Shown here piece after piece: positions 41,301 through 51,765 of a stretch of 64,000 bases of DNA. The notes beneath the pieces are model-generated. The model had not been told where the DNA came from and did not search any database. It saw only the letters and a program-made list of their open reading frames with translations. Within the stretch, counting starts at the first letter, position 1, and each line of letters begins with the position of its first letter. Both the position numbers and the translations under genes were made by a program. Source of the stretch: an uncultured Methylomirabilota bacterium (GTDB lineage: Bacteria; Methylomirabilota; Methylomirabilia; Methylomirabilales; 2-02-FULL-66-22); assembly GCA_963705305.1 (NCBI GenBank), contig OY970067.1:1472001-1536000 (forward strand), in the 5' to 3' direction.

Positions 41301-42704
41301 ATGGCGTCCACGATCCTGGAGTCGGAGTTCTACGGCGATGGCTGGAGCACCCCGGAGATGCGCGCGGTCTTCGACGATCGGCGTCGCTACCAGCGCTGGC
41401 TGGACATCGAGGCGGCCCTGGCCCGCGTTCAGGGCGACCTGGGTGTGATCCCTGCCGAGGCGGCCCGGGAAATCGCGCGCCAGGCCAGGCTGGAGAACAT
41501 CGATCTCGACCGGCTCAAGGCCGAGCTCCGGCAGACGCAGCATTCCCTGGTCCCCCTGCTGCGCGGGCTGCAACGCGCCTGCGCCGGCGGCCTGGGCGAA
41601 TACGTCCACTACGGCCCCACGACCCAGGATATCGAGGATACCGGCGCCGTGCTCGAGCTCCGGGACGCGCTGGGGATCCTCCTGCGGGACCTGCGCGCCA
41701 TCGAGGCTGCGCTGATGGAGCTGAGCCTCCGGCACCGCGACACGACGATGTGCGGCCGGACCCACGGCCAGCAGGCCCTGCCCATCACCCTGGGGTTGAA
41801 GTTCGCGGTGTGGGTCAGCGAGATTCGGCGCCACATCGAACGCTTCAAAGAGATGAAGCCGCGCCTGTTCGTGGGGATGCTTCACGGCGGGGCCGGGTCG
41901 ATGGCTGGTCTGGGGCCGAGGGCCATGGAGACCATTGCGGGGCTGATGCGGGCATTGGACCTGGGTGTGCCCGACGTGGGGTGGGGCAACGCCCGAGACA
42001 ACCTGGCGGAGTATGCCACCCACGTGGCCATGGCCGCCGGGACCATCGGGAAGCTGGTCAACGAAATCTTCGAGCTGGGTCGAACCGAGATCGGAGAGTT
42101 CGCCGAGGCGCTGCCCGAGGGCTACGTGGGCAGCAGCACCATGCCGCACAAACGCAACCCGGAAATCTGCGAGCAGGTGGTGATGCTGTCCCGCGTCATT
42201 CGCGCCCATGCCCTGGTGGCCATGGAGGCCATCCAGGCTGCCAATGAGCGGGACAGCCGCAGCTGGCGCACGGACTGGTGGTCCCTGCCGGAGTGCTCCA
42301 TGCTGTTCGCGGCCATGCTGGCCATGACCAAGCGGCTGGTCATGACGATGGAGATCCATGAGGACAGGCTTGCCGCCAACCTGGACCGGCTCCGCGGACT
42401 GCTCTTGTCCGAGGGGCTCATGTTCCAGCTCGGCGAGAAGATCGGAAAGCAGACGGCGCATCACGTCATCGGCAAGGCGTGCCTGGAGGCGCACCGGAGT
42501 GGCCGGTCTCTTCGCGAGGTCCTCCAGACCCTGCCGGAGGCGTCGGCGCATCTTTCTCCCCAAGAGATTGACGGGCTGCTGGACTACCGGAAGCACATCG
42601 GGTTCGCCCGGGAGCTGGTGGATCAGGTCTGTCGGACGTTGGCGGCCGCTCGGAAAACCGACGGGGCGATTCTGAGATACTGCGGGCAAGCTGCGGAGGG
42701 CTGA
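41301..42704 (+). CDS. Adenylosuccinate-lyase/PcaB-like fumarate-releasing lyase
   Basis: VHYGPTTQDI.DT, GRTHGQQALP, signature GSSTMPHKRNP; GGAGG RBS. Confidence 0.88.
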   Translation: MASTILESEFYGDGWSTPEMRAVFDDRRRYQRWLDIEAALARVQGDLGVIPAEAAREIARQARLENIDLDRLKAELRQTQHSLVPLLRGLQRACAGGLGEYVHYGPTTQDIEDTGAVLELRDALGILLRDLRAIEAALMELSLRHRDTTMCGRTHGQQALPITLGLKFAVWVSEIRRHIERFKEMKPRLFVGMLHGGAGSMAGLGPRAMETIAGLMRALDLGVPDVGWGNARDNLAEYATHVAMAAGTIGKLVNEIFELGRTEIGEFAEALPEGYVGSSTMPHKRNPEICEQVVMLSRVIRAHALVAMEAIQAANERDSRSWRTDWWSLPECSMLFAAMLAMTKRLVMTMEIHEDRLAANLDRLRGLLLSEGLMFQLGEKIGKQTAHHVIGKACLEAHRSGRSLREVLQTLPEASAHLSPQEIDGLLDYRKHIGFARELVDQVCRTLAAARKTDGAILRYCGQAAEG

Positions 42705-44144
42705 ATGGCGGCGGCGGGCAACGCATCCGATGGCGGTCCACACCGCTCCCTGACGAGGACGCTGGCCGAGTTCGCGGCCGCGCTCCGGCTGTCTGATCTC
42801 GATCCGGCCGTGGCGGACGCGGCGCGGCAGGCCGTGTTGGATTGCGTCGGATGCGGTGTGGCGGGGGGGGCGGACCCTGCGGTGAGCCGCCTGCAGGCGA
42901 CCCTGCTCAAGTCGGGAGAGGTCGGGATGTTGCCCGTCTTCGGCGGCGCCGCGAGGTTTGCGCCCCGGGCCGCGGCGCTCGTGAATGGAAGTCTGGCCCA
43001 CGCACTGGAGATGGACGACACGCACTCCTTTTCCAGCGTACACGCCGGAGGTCCCATCGTGGCCGCCGTGCTGGCCGCCGGCTACAGCGGGGTAATCCCG
43101 GGTGCGCGACTCCTGGAGGGGGTGGTGACGGGCTACGAGATCGCCTGCCGCCTGGGGATGGCCATCCGGGGTGCCACCCCTTACCATCGGGGCTTTCATC
43201 CCACAGGCATATGTGGTGTGTTCGGAGCCGCCTCGGCCTGCGCCAAGATCCTGGATTTGGACCCTGGCGGGTTCCAGAGCGCCTGGGGAATCGCCGGGAG
43301 CATGGCGGGCGGCCTTATGAGCTATCTGCAGAACGGGGCTTGGACCAAGAAGTTGCAGCCGGGCTGGGCGGCGCAATCCGGCCTGCTGGCGGCAGTTCTG
43401 GCCACGGAAGGCTATCTGGGGCCGGATGACATCTTCACCGGTCGGTTCAATTTCTGCCGGGCCTATGCTGACGCCTGGGATCCGGCGATCTTCGTGCAGG
43501 AACTGGGATCGCGCTTCGAGATCTGCCGAATGTCCTTCAAGCGGTTTGCCTGTTGCCGAACCATCCACGGGCCAATCACGGCGGCGCTGAAGATCCGGCA
43601 GCAGCCCGGATTCGATGCGGCGTGCGTGGAGCAGGTAGAAGCGCGCATCCCCGACGAGGACCTCGATCTGGTGGTGGAGCCCATCGAGGCGAAGGTCCAC
43701 CCTCGCACGATCGTGGAGGCCCAGTTCAGCATGCCGTTCGGTATTGCCCTGGCCCTGGTGCGCGGAGATGCCATGCCGGGCGACTATCGCGAGGAGAGCC
43801 TGCGGGACCCTTCGATTCAGAGGATTGCGGCGGCATTCCGGTATGTGGTCGATGGGGCCTACACGCGGCGGCGGCCGCGGGAGTTCCCGTGCTGCCTCCG
43901 GGTCCGCGCGGGCGGAAGATGGTACGCGGCCGAGGTGGATGCCCCCCTGGGCGACTGTACCAACCCCCTTTCCGCGGTGGAGCTCCTGGGGAAGTTCGAC
44001 GCTCTGACCCGTCCCGTGCTGGGACCGGCCCCCTCCGAGGCCTTGCGGGCAGCTGTCCAGCGCCTCGGAACAGGTGGATCGGCCGACCGGGCCAATCGCA
44101 TCCTCGATCTCGCGGCGCTGCCAGCAGACGGGCGCCCGTCTTGA
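42705..44144 (+). CDS. MmgE/PrpD family protein
   Basis: NGSLAHALEMDDTH...HAG, GFHPT, FKRFACCR..H, EAQFSMPF. Confidence 0.92.
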   Translation: MAAAGNASDGGPHRSLTRTLAEFAAALRLSDLDPAVADAARQAVLDCVGCGVAGGADPAVSRLQATLLKSGEVGMLPVFGGAARFAPRAAALVNGSLAHALEMDDTHSFSSVHAGGPIVAAVLAAGYSGVIPGARLLEGVVTGYEIACRLGMAIRGATPYHRGFHPTGICGVFGAASACAKILDLDPGGFQSAWGIAGSMAGGLMSYLQNGAWTKKLQPGWAAQSGLLAAVLATEGYLGPDDIFTGRFNFCRAYADAWDPAIFVQELGSRFEICRMSFKRFACCRTIHGPITAALKIRQQPGFDAACVEQVEARIPDEDLDLVVEPIEAKVHPRTIVEAQFSMPFGIALALVRGDAMPGDYREESLRDPSIQRIAAAFRYVVDGAYTRRRPREFPCCLRVRAGGRWYAAEVDAPLGDCTNPLSAVELLGKFDALTRPVLGPAPSEALRAAVQRLGTGGSADRANRILDLAALPADGRPS

Positions 44145-44259
44145 CCTGCCGATGCCGGGATCGCATTGTCCTCCCCGGCGGCGAGTGCTGGACAGGATCT
44201 CGAAGATCCTGCGATATGGAAGGTCTTCTGCCGGGATGCAGGGGAGGAAAGGAGAAGGA

Positions 44260-45861
44260 ATGATGCGAAGGACTTTCGCGGGGATCGCCATCGGCGCGAT
44301 CGTGGTTCTTGTCGGCCTGCTTCCCCAGCTCGGGAACGCCCAGGAGCTGGCCAAGGAGCAGCATATCCGAATCGCCATTCCTGTGGCCGACATTCGCAGT
44401 TTGGACCCGGCCTACGCCACGCTCACCGGCGAGAGCGAGATTGTCGGTGAGATCACCAATGGCCTACTTCGGTTTCCCCACGGCAAGCTCAACGTGGAGA
44501 AAATCGAGGGTGACCTGGCCGAGCGGTGGGAGGTCTCACCCGACGGCCTGACCTGGACCTTTCACCTGCACAAGGGGGTGAGGTGGCACAAGGGCTTCGG
44601 GGAAGTCTCGGCCGAAGACGTGAAGTTCACCTTCGATCGAATCATGGATCCCAAGAGCGGATCGCCCTGGATCAAGAAGTACGCCAACGTCCGGGCCGTA
44701 GAAGTCGTGGACCCGCTTACAGTGCGCATCCGGCTCAAAAAAGCCGACCCGTTCTTCGCCCTGGACGTCATCGGCTATCATGGCGGCCAGATCGTTTGCA
44801 AGAAGGCGGTGGAGAAGTTCGGCAAGGACATCGCCTTCAATCCCATCGGCACGGGACCGTTCGTGTTCGAGTCCTACACCGCGGGACAGGGAGTCATCCT
44901 CAAGCGAAATCCCACATACTTCCGCGGCGCTCCCATCCTGGAGACCGTGGAGTACCTCTTCATGCCAGACGACAATAGCGTCATGCTGGCCCTGCAGAAG
45001 GGGGAGATCGATCTGGGGGCGGGCGTGCGCCGGAAGGAGTGGGCCGAGCGGGCAGCCAAGCTGGGTCTGGTGCTCATGCCCCCCAACCCGCCGCAGCAGA
45101 GCATCCTTGTGTTCAACATGACGCGGAAGCCGCTGAACGATCTCCGGGTCCGGCAGGCTTTGGCCTACGCCCTGGACAGGAACGTCTTTGTCGACCTCGT
45201 GGGCCCGGTGCTGGGTGGACCCCAGATCGGTCCCATCCCCCCCGGCTACTTCGGGTACACCGAGGAGGGGATGGACCCCTACAATTACAATCCGGAAAAG
45301 GCCAAGAAGCTTTTGGCGGAGGCCGGATATCCCAATGGATTCGACCTGGGGGACGTGAACGTCGCCAGATCCTGGGACTACCTGGAGCCCATGAAGATCG
45401 TCCAGGAGCAGTGGCGTAAGATCGGAGTGACGTTCAATCTCAAGGTGGTGGACCACCCGACCTATCACAAGCTCATCCGCGAGGATGTCAACCCCGTGGT
45501 CATCTACGGCGGCGTGCGTCTGCCCGTGGCCAGCTCACTGTTGACCGAGTTCTACAGCAAGGATGCCATCGTGGGGAAGCCGACGGCGATCACCAATTTC
45601 TCGCACTACGGGGAAGTGATCCCGGGCATCGACGAATACCTGCAGAAGGCGGCAGCGACGACGAATCTGGCGGAGAGAAAGAAGTTCTTCATGTTGGCCG
45701 AGCAGAAGATCAACAAGGACCTGCCCGCCTATCCCCTGTTCCTCAACCGGGTGGCCATGACGCGCCAGAAGTGGGTGGACCTGGGGTATGACACCAATCC
45801 GTACGAGACCCTGTACTACGTCATCGAGGTGACCGAGAAGACGAAGCTCCTGAAACATTGA
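44260..45861 (+). CDS. Peptide/nickel ABC substrate-binding protein (family 5)
   Basis: Signal peptide, SLDPA, DLAERWEVSPDGLTWTFHL, PIGTGPF, VRQALAYALDR. Confidence 0.93.
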   Translation: MMRRTFAGIAIGAIVVLVGLLPQLGNAQELAKEQHIRIAIPVADIRSLDPAYATLTGESEIVGEITNGLLRFPHGKLNVEKIEGDLAERWEVSPDGLTWTFHLHKGVRWHKGFGEVSAEDVKFTFDRIMDPKSGSPWIKKYANVRAVEVVDPLTVRIRLKKADPFFALDVIGYHGGQIVCKKAVEKFGKDIAFNPIGTGPFVFESYTAGQGVILKRNPTYFRGAPILETVEYLFMPDDNSVMLALQKGEIDLGAGVRRKEWAERAAKLGLVLMPPNPPQQSILVFNMTRKPLNDLRVRQALAYALDRNVFVDLVGPVLGGPQIGPIPPGYFGYTEEGMDPYNYNPEKAKKLLAEAGYPNGFDLGDVNVARSWDYLEPMKIVQEQWRKIGVTFNLKVVDHPTYHKLIREDVNPVVIYGGVRLPVASSLLTEFYSKDAIVGKPTAITNFSHYGEVIPGIDEYLQKAAATTNLAERKKFFMLAEQKINKDLPAYPLFLNRVAMTRQKWVDLGYDTNPYETLYYVIEVTEKTKLLKH

Positions 45862-45877
45862 GCGGCACCGTGTGGCG

Positions 45878-45908
45878 GTGGGAGCCTCCCGGGCGGGAAG
45901 CTCCCACC
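45878..45908 (+). promoter_or_regulatory. Intergenic stem-loop after the binding-protein gene (mRNA stabiliser or partial terminator)
   Basis: GTGGGAGC...GCTCCCAC stem with no U-run. Confidence 0.45.
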
Positions 45909-45983
45909 CACCGCACCGGACACACTTCTTGCTCGGAGGGCGAGGCGGTTGGCTATCCTTCCGGGTAATGCTGGAGATATGTC

Positions 45984-46925
45984 GTGCTGAGGTTTGCACT
46001 GCGCCGAATCCTCTGGACGCTCCCCCAGATCCTCTTCGTCTTCACCATCGTGTTCTTCGTCATGCGGGTGGTGGCCGGCGATCCGGCCCAAGTGATCCTT
46101 GGTGAATACGCCAACGCGGAGGCGCTGCGGAATCTGCGGGAGTCGCTGGGGCTGAACGAGCCGCTCCTGGTCCAGTATGGCACGTCGCTGTTCAGCCTGC
46201 TGCATGGAGACTTCGGGCGGTCAATGATCAACAATCGGCCCATCGCTCCGGAAATCCTCGAGGTCCTGCCGTACACCATCGAGCTGACACTCGCCGCCAT
46301 CATCATCGGGGTCGTGGTCGGCCTTCCCCTCGGCATCGTGTCCGCGCTCCGGCGCAACACCATGGCGGACTACCTCCTCCGCGTCTTCTCGCTCACCGGG
46401 CTCTCGATGCCCGCGTTTTATCTCGGCGTCGTGCTTCTGATCCTATTCGCCGTGAAGCTCGGCTTCTTTCCCATCATCGGGTTCCGCGAAGGGAGCGGCC
46501 TGTTGGAGCAGATGTACTACCTTGTCCTGCCGGCATTGAGCCTAGGCCTGACCATGGCCGCCTTCACGACCCGGATGAGCCGGTCGAGCATGCTGGAGCG
46601 CCTGGGCGCCGACTACGTCCGCACGGCGCGGGCCAAGGGGCTTCCCGAGTATAAGGTCATCTTCAAGCACGCCCTCAAGGACTCCCTGATTCCGATCGTC
46701 ACGGTCATCGGCGTCTACGTGGGAGTCCTGATGGGCGGGTCCATCCTGACCGAGATGGTCTTCAACCGGCCCGGCCTGGGGAAATTTCTGATCGGGGCCA
46801 TTCAGCAGCGGGACTACAACGCCATCCAGTCGGGGCTGGTGATCTACGCGGGGATCGTGGTGTTCGTCAACTTGGGGGTGGATCTCGTCTACGGCGTCAT
46901 CGACCCGCGCATCCGGTACGAGTAG
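45984..46925 (+). CDS. ABC permease (DppB-like)
   Basis: GDFGRS, DYVRTARAKGL, IDPRIRY. Confidence 0.95.
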   Translation: MLRFALRRILWTLPQILFVFTIVFFVMRVVAGDPAQVILGEYANAEALRNLRESLGLNEPLLVQYGTSLFSLLHGDFGRSMINNRPIAPEILEVLPYTIELTLAAIIIGVVVGLPLGIVSALRRNTMADYLLRVFSLTGLSMPAFYLGVVLLILFAVKLGFFPIIGFREGSGLLEQMYYLVLPALSLGLTMAAFTTRMSRSSMLERLGADYVRTARAKGLPEYKVIFKHALKDSLIPIVTVIGVYVGVLMGGSILTEMVFNRPGLGKFLIGAIQQRDYNAIQSGLVIYAGIVVFVNLGVDLVYGVIDPRIRYE

Positions 46926-46935
46926 AAGGGCGACC

Positions 46936-47778
46936 ATGGCCATTGCGAGGCAGAGAGCTCTCCTGTCGTTCCGGCGCAACAAGGTGGCGGTCTTCGGCCT
47001 TGTCCTGGTGGTCGTCCTGCTTGTCGTCGCCATCTTCGCCGGCCTGCTGTCCCCCTACGACGTGCGCGAGCAGAATGTCCGCCAGCGGTACTCCCCCGCA
47101 TCGGCCGCCCACTGGCTCGGCACGGACGAGCTGGGCCGGGACGTTCTCTCCCGGATCCTCCTCGGGTCCAGGGTCTCGCTCTTCGTGGGGCTGAGTTCGG
47201 TGGCGGCGGCCATGGTCCTCGGGCTGTGGCTCGGGGTGCTCGCCGGTTATAGAGGCGGGCGGTCGGACCGGATGATCACCTGGATCGTCGACAGCCTCAT
47301 GGCGTTCCCGTCCCTGCTGCTGGGCCTCCTGGTGGTCAGCGCCATCGGACCCGGACTGCGGAACACCATCATCGCCATCGCGCTGGCGTTCGTTCCCCGC
47401 TTTGCGCGGGTCGCGCGAGGACAGACGATCGTTCTCCGCGAGTACGAGTTCATCCTGGCCGAAAAGGCTGCCGGCGCCTCGGACACGCGCATCATCCTCC
47501 GCCATATCCTGCCGAACCTTGTCGGCGAGATCGTGGTCATGGGCAGCCTCTGGATCTCCACGGCGATCATCATCGAGTCCAGCCTGAGCTTCCTGGGCCT
47601 GGGCGTGCAGCCGCCCACGCCTTCCTGGGGGATGATGATCAAGTCCGGAGTGGACGAGATCCTCATCGCTCCCTGGTTGGCGGTGTATCCGGGCGTGGCC
47701 ATCTCCCTCGCCGTCCTGGCCTTTAATTTGGTCGGGGACGGCATGCGCGACGTGCTGGATCCGAAGCTCCTGCGCTAG
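46936..47778 (+). CDS. ABC permease (DppC-like)
   Basis: HWLGTDELGRD, RHILPN, SLSFLGLG..PP.PSWG. Confidence 0.95.
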   Translation: MAIARQRALLSFRRNKVAVFGLVLVVVLLVVAIFAGLLSPYDVREQNVRQRYSPASAAHWLGTDELGRDVLSRILLGSRVSLFVGLSSVAAAMVLGLWLGVLAGYRGGRSDRMITWIVDSLMAFPSLLLGLLVVSAIGPGLRNTIIAIALAFVPRFARVARGQTIVLREYEFILAEKAAGASDTRIILRHILPNLVGEIVVMGSLWISTAIIIESSLSFLGLGVQPPTPSWGMMIKSGVDEILIAPWLAVYPGVAISLAVLAFNLVGDGMRDVLDPKLLR

Positions 47779-47824
47779 GGGCTTATTCCCTGTAATCACG
47801 GCGGACATCCGCAGGACAGCTCCG

Positions 47825-49000
47825 ATGGACTATCCGTTCGACACGGTCGTCAATCGCCGGAACACCGACTGCATAAAGTGGGACGATATCCAGCGCCGCT
47901 ACAGGGTCAGCGGGGAGGATCTGCTGCCGTTCTGGGTGGCCGACATGGAGTTCCGGCCGCCCGAGGCCGTGGTGGAGGCCATGGTCCGCCGCGCCCGGCA
48001 CGGCATCTGCGGGTATCCGGCGGGCCTGGACGGCTACCATGCCGCCATCCGCGGCTGGCTGCTCCGCCGCCACGGCTGGGAGATTCAGGAGGACTGGATT
48101 CTCTCCACGCCCGGGGTGGTCTCGGCCGTCAATCTGCTGATTCGAACCCTCACCACGCCCGGGGACGGCGTCGTCCTGCAGCCGCCCGTGTACTACCCGT
48201 TCTTCCGCGGGGTGGAGGAGAATGGCTGCCGGCTGGTGGAGAACCCGCTCCGCTTCGACGGCCGGCGCTACCGCATGGACTTCGACGATCTGCGGGCCAA
48301 ACTGCGCCAGGCCAAGCTGCTCATCCTGTGCAGCCCCCACAATCCGGTGGGACGGGTGTGGACGTTGGAGGAGATCATGACGCTGGCCTGCCTGTGCCTG
48401 GAATCGGGGGTCCTGGTCATCTCCGACGAGATTCACTTCGACCTGGTCTTCTCCGGCCACGCCCACACGGTGTTTGCCTCGCTGTCGGAGGAGCTGGCCC
48501 AGCGCTCGGTGGTGTGCACCTCGCCCAGCAAGAGCTTCAACCTGCCCGGCCTGCATCCCGGGATGGTCTTCATCCCCAACCCGCAGCTCCGCGGCGAGTT
48601 CCAGCACACGCTGCGGGCCTGCGGCTTGCCGGGCCCCAATGTCTTTTCCCTGGAGGCGGTCAAGGCCGCCTACGACCACGGGGAGCCGTGGCTGAAGGAG
48701 CTGCTAACGTACCTGGAGCAGAACGCCGCCGTCCTGGAGCGCGCTGTGGCGGAGGAAATGCCGCGTCTTCACCTGGTGCGGCCCGAGGGCACCTACCTGG
48801 CCTGGCTGGATTGCCGGGAGCTGGGCATGGATCCCCCCAGCCTGGAGCGATGGCTCCTCGAGGAGGTCCGGCTGGTCCTGAATCAGGGCTACACGTTCGG
48901 TTCGGGGGGAGAGGGCTTCGTCCGGATCAACTTCGCCTGCCCGCGGGCCATGCTGGAGGAAGGGCTGGCCCGCCTGGCCCGCGCCGTCCGGGCCCTCTAG
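47825..49000 (+). CDS. MalY/PatB cystathionine beta-lyase (C-S lyase)
   Basis: KWD, WVADMEF, CSPHNPVGRVW, SDEIH.DL, SPSKSFN, EGTYLAWLD. Confidence 0.93.
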   Translation: MDYPFDTVVNRRNTDCIKWDDIQRRYRVSGEDLLPFWVADMEFRPPEAVVEAMVRRARHGICGYPAGLDGYHAAIRGWLLRRHGWEIQEDWILSTPGVVSAVNLLIRTLTTPGDGVVLQPPVYYPFFRGVEENGCRLVENPLRFDGRRYRMDFDDLRAKLRQAKLLILCSPHNPVGRVWTLEEIMTLACLCLESGVLVISDEIHFDLVFSGHAHTVFASLSEELAQRSVVCTSPSKSFNLPGLHPGMVFIPNPQLRGEFQHTLRACGLPGPNVFSLEAVKAAYDHGEPWLKELLTYLEQNAAVLERAVAEEMPRLHLVRPEGTYLAWLDCRELGMDPPSLERWLLEEVRLVLNQGYTFGSGGEGFVRINFACPRAMLEEGLARLARAVRAL

Positions 49001-49196
49001 CAGGCTCCTGAAAAAGGCCCATCTGCCGGGTACCCATCCCGAGGGATGGGTGACGCCGCCTTGCCGTTCGACAGGCCCTTCGACAAGCTCAGGGCGGTGA
49101 GCACAGTCGAACCGCTCACGGTCCCGAGAGAAGTCGAGGGACATCTGGACCTTTTTGAGCAGCCTGGGAGGAACGGGTTTCTCGGCAGCCTGCTAG
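48997..49196. mobile_element. MITE-like element, copy 2 (inverted), with nested small palindromic repeats
   Basis: CTAG at both ends; TIRs CTAGCAGGCTCCTGAAAAA and (rc) CTAGCAGGCTGCCGAGAAA; exact 25-mer shared with copy 1. Confidence 0.7.
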
Positions 49197-49202
49197 GGGC
49201 CG

Positions 49203-50094
49203 CTACGGCTTCGCGCTCCAAGTGACGAAGGTATCCATCGACTTGATCGCCGCCCGGATGTCCGTGTAGACGGGCAAGCCGTGCCCTTCCAGGATGGGCT
49301 TGCTGCCCCGTCGCGCCAGGTCGAAGAACTGCCGCCCCTCGCCGGGATCCAGCCCTTCGATGTACAGGGCGATTACATCGCTTCCGGCATCCGCCTCGAA
49401 ATAGGCCAGGCGATCGGCGATCTTGACGTCATACTTGTTGCCGAAGCTGACGATGGTCCGGAACAGCCGCGCGTTGTGCAGCTTGTCGAGGGCGGTCACC
49501 GCGAACGCGCCGCTCTGGGTGAGCAGCACCGTGTTGCTGTGGCCCGAGGATTTCACCTCCAGCCGCTTCTCTTCGATGAACAGGGTGTTTAGGCCCGGCC
49601 GGTCCGCCGTGGGCGCCGTAAACACGCCCATGCAATTCGGGCCGATCACGCGGACGCCCGGCGGCAGCACATCCGCCAGCTCCCGGGCAAACTCCGGACA
49701 GGCGATGTTGGCCGGCATTCCCGAGTTCAGGAAGCCGCGAAGGTCCGGCCTCTGGGCCGGCGTTTAATAGCTCGACACCTCCTCCTGCATCCGTGCCATC
49801 ACGAATTGCACGAAGAGCGGGTCGTCCTGCTCGATCACCTTGACGCCGCCGACCCGCTGCTTGTGGGCGATTTGTGGCGAGACGACCTTGACTACGAGCT
49901 TCCGGCCGAGAGGGGCCAGGCGTGCGGCATTCACCTCGCGCGGGTCGTTGACAAAGACCCACCGGGGAACCTGAAGCCCCAGCTCCGCGAGCACCTGATA
50001 CACCTCGAACTCATACAGCGCCCGCCGCCCGTCCGCAGCCGCAGTCCTCAAGATCTCGTTGATTCGGCTCCAGGCCGTCGGCGGAGATGGGCAC
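49203..50094 (-). pseudogene. Decayed ADP-forming acetate/acyl-CoA ligase (ATP-grasp and CoA-binding fragments)
   Basis: VVKVVSPQIAHK..VGGV fragment ends at TAA 49764; then RVIGPNCMG, TQSGA, SFGN, ALYIEG fragments. Far shorter than a complete gene. Confidence 0.75.
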
Positions 50095-50408
50095 GGTCGC
50101 CTCCTGGGCACGAGGGCGGACGGCAAGCGGTCCGCACGGAGATTCCCCGGTGTGGGTTCTCCGCGGCTCGGAACAGATGCCGGAGGCCCCGGTCCTTGTT
50201 GCTTGGGCGGCGTCCGGCGATCTCGGAGAGCATGGCGCAATGCGTCGGATCGTGTCAAGGGGAGAGCCGCCCGCGGGCGGTTCGATCGCAAGCGGGGGGC
50301 CTGCGGCGGATGCACAGCGGGGTTGCGAGCCGGGGAGCGGTCAGCTAGACTACCGCCGGGGCGAGTCCCCCAGGCGCCGCCCGGATCGGGCGAGGAGGGA
50401 GCTGAGGC

Positions 50409-51530
50409 ATGGCCAAGTACATCGGGATCCTCACGGCGGGGGGCGACTGCCCCGGCTTGAATGCGGCCATCCGGGGGGTGGGAAAGGCGGCGATCGGGTT
50501 CTACGGTATGCAAGTCATCGGCTTCCGGGACGGCTTCCGGGGATTCATGGAGAATCGCACCATGGAGCTTGACAGCAACGTGCTGTCGGGAATCCTGACC
50601 CTGGGCGGCACTATCCTCGGCACCAGTCGGGACAAGCCGCACCGCATGCCCGTCGCCGGCGAGCTGCGCGACATGACCGGCGTCATGGCCGAGAACTACC
50701 GGAAGCACCACCTGGATGTCCTGGTCTGTCTGGGCGGGGGCGGCACCCAGAAGCACGCGCTGCGCCTGGCGCAGAAGGGAATGAATATCATCACCCTGCC
50801 CAAGACCATCGACAATGACGTGGCGCTGACCGACGTCACCTTCGGGTTCGACACGGCCCTCGGCGTCGCGACGGAAGCCATCGACCGCCTGCACAGTACG
50901 GCACACAGCCACCACCGCATCGTCCTCGTCGAGATCATGGGAAACAAGGTGGGCTGGCTGGCGCTGGGGGCGGGGATGGCCGGCGGCGCCGACGTGATCC
51001 TGATTCCGGAGATCCCGTACAACGTGGAAAGCGTGGCCGAGGCCATCCGCCTCCGCAGCCACAGCGGCAAGCGCTTCAGCATCGTGGCCGTGGCCGAGGG
51101 CGCCATCTCGCAACAGGATGCGAAGGCCCTGGAGGCCGCCCAGCATGCCGTCAAGCGGGCGACGTCCAAGGCCGCCAAGGGCAAGGCCGAGGCGGCGGTG
51201 AGCCAGCTCGAAACCCAGCAGGCCGGCCATACCTTCCGTCTGGCTAAGCAGCTGGAGCAGCTGACGGGCCTGGAGTCGCGGGTCACCATCCTCGGCTATC
51301 TCCAGCGAGGGGGGACGCCGTCGGCCGCGGATCGACTCCTCGCCACGCGATTGGGCACGGCGTGCGCCGACCTCATCAAGAAAGGCCATTATGGGGTGAT
51401 GGTGGCTGCGCGCGCCGACAGCGCGAAGCCCGTGCCGCTGGAGGACGTGGCGCGCAAGCTGAAGTTCGTTCCTCTCAATCATCCCTGGGTGGCGGCAGCG
51501 CGACGCGTGGGCACTTGCCTGGGCGATTAG
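50409..51530 (+). CDS. pfkA: 6-phosphofructokinase, probably ATP-dependent
   Basis: [25 protein letters not shown] (Gly at the ATP/PPi determinant), [19 protein letters not shown]. Confidence 0.93.
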   Translation: MAKYIGILTAGGDCPGLNAAIRGVGKAAIGFYGMQVIGFRDGFRGFMENRTMELDSNVLSGILTLGGTILGTSRDKPHRMPVAGELRDMTGVMAENYRKHHLDVLVCLGGGGTQKHALRLAQKGMNIITLPKTIDNDVALTDVTFGFDTALGVATEAIDRLHSTAHSHHRIVLVEIMGNKVGWLALGAGMAGGADVILIPEIPYNVESVAEAIRLRSHSGKRFSIVAVAEGAISQQDAKALEAAQHAVKRATSKAAKGKAEAAVSQLETQQAGHTFRLAKQLEQLTGLESRVTILGYLQRGGTPSAADRLLATRLGTACADLIKKGHYGVMVAARADSAKPVPLEDVARKLKFVPLNHPWVAAARRVGTCLGD

Positions 51531-51765
51531 CCGGCCCGGCCCGGGCTTGCCGGGAGCCGTTCCTCGCGGCACTGCAGAATCGTGTTGACAGGCTCAGGTG
51601 TCCGGGAAGCCTGTCACCCGGATCGCCGTCGGGCTGCCGTGTCCGCCCGTGTCCGTTCCTGCCGTGCGCACTGGGCCGTGTGGGCCCTGGACCCTTGCCA
51701 GCTTGATACGCGACCCCGCACCCGTGGAGCCGGTCGGGGGAGCCTTCGCGACTGGAGGTCCCGTC

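Noticed and set aside
41301..42704. Housekeeping purB
   Set aside because: No purine genes nearby and the context is catabolic, so the symbol is withheld pending phylogeny.
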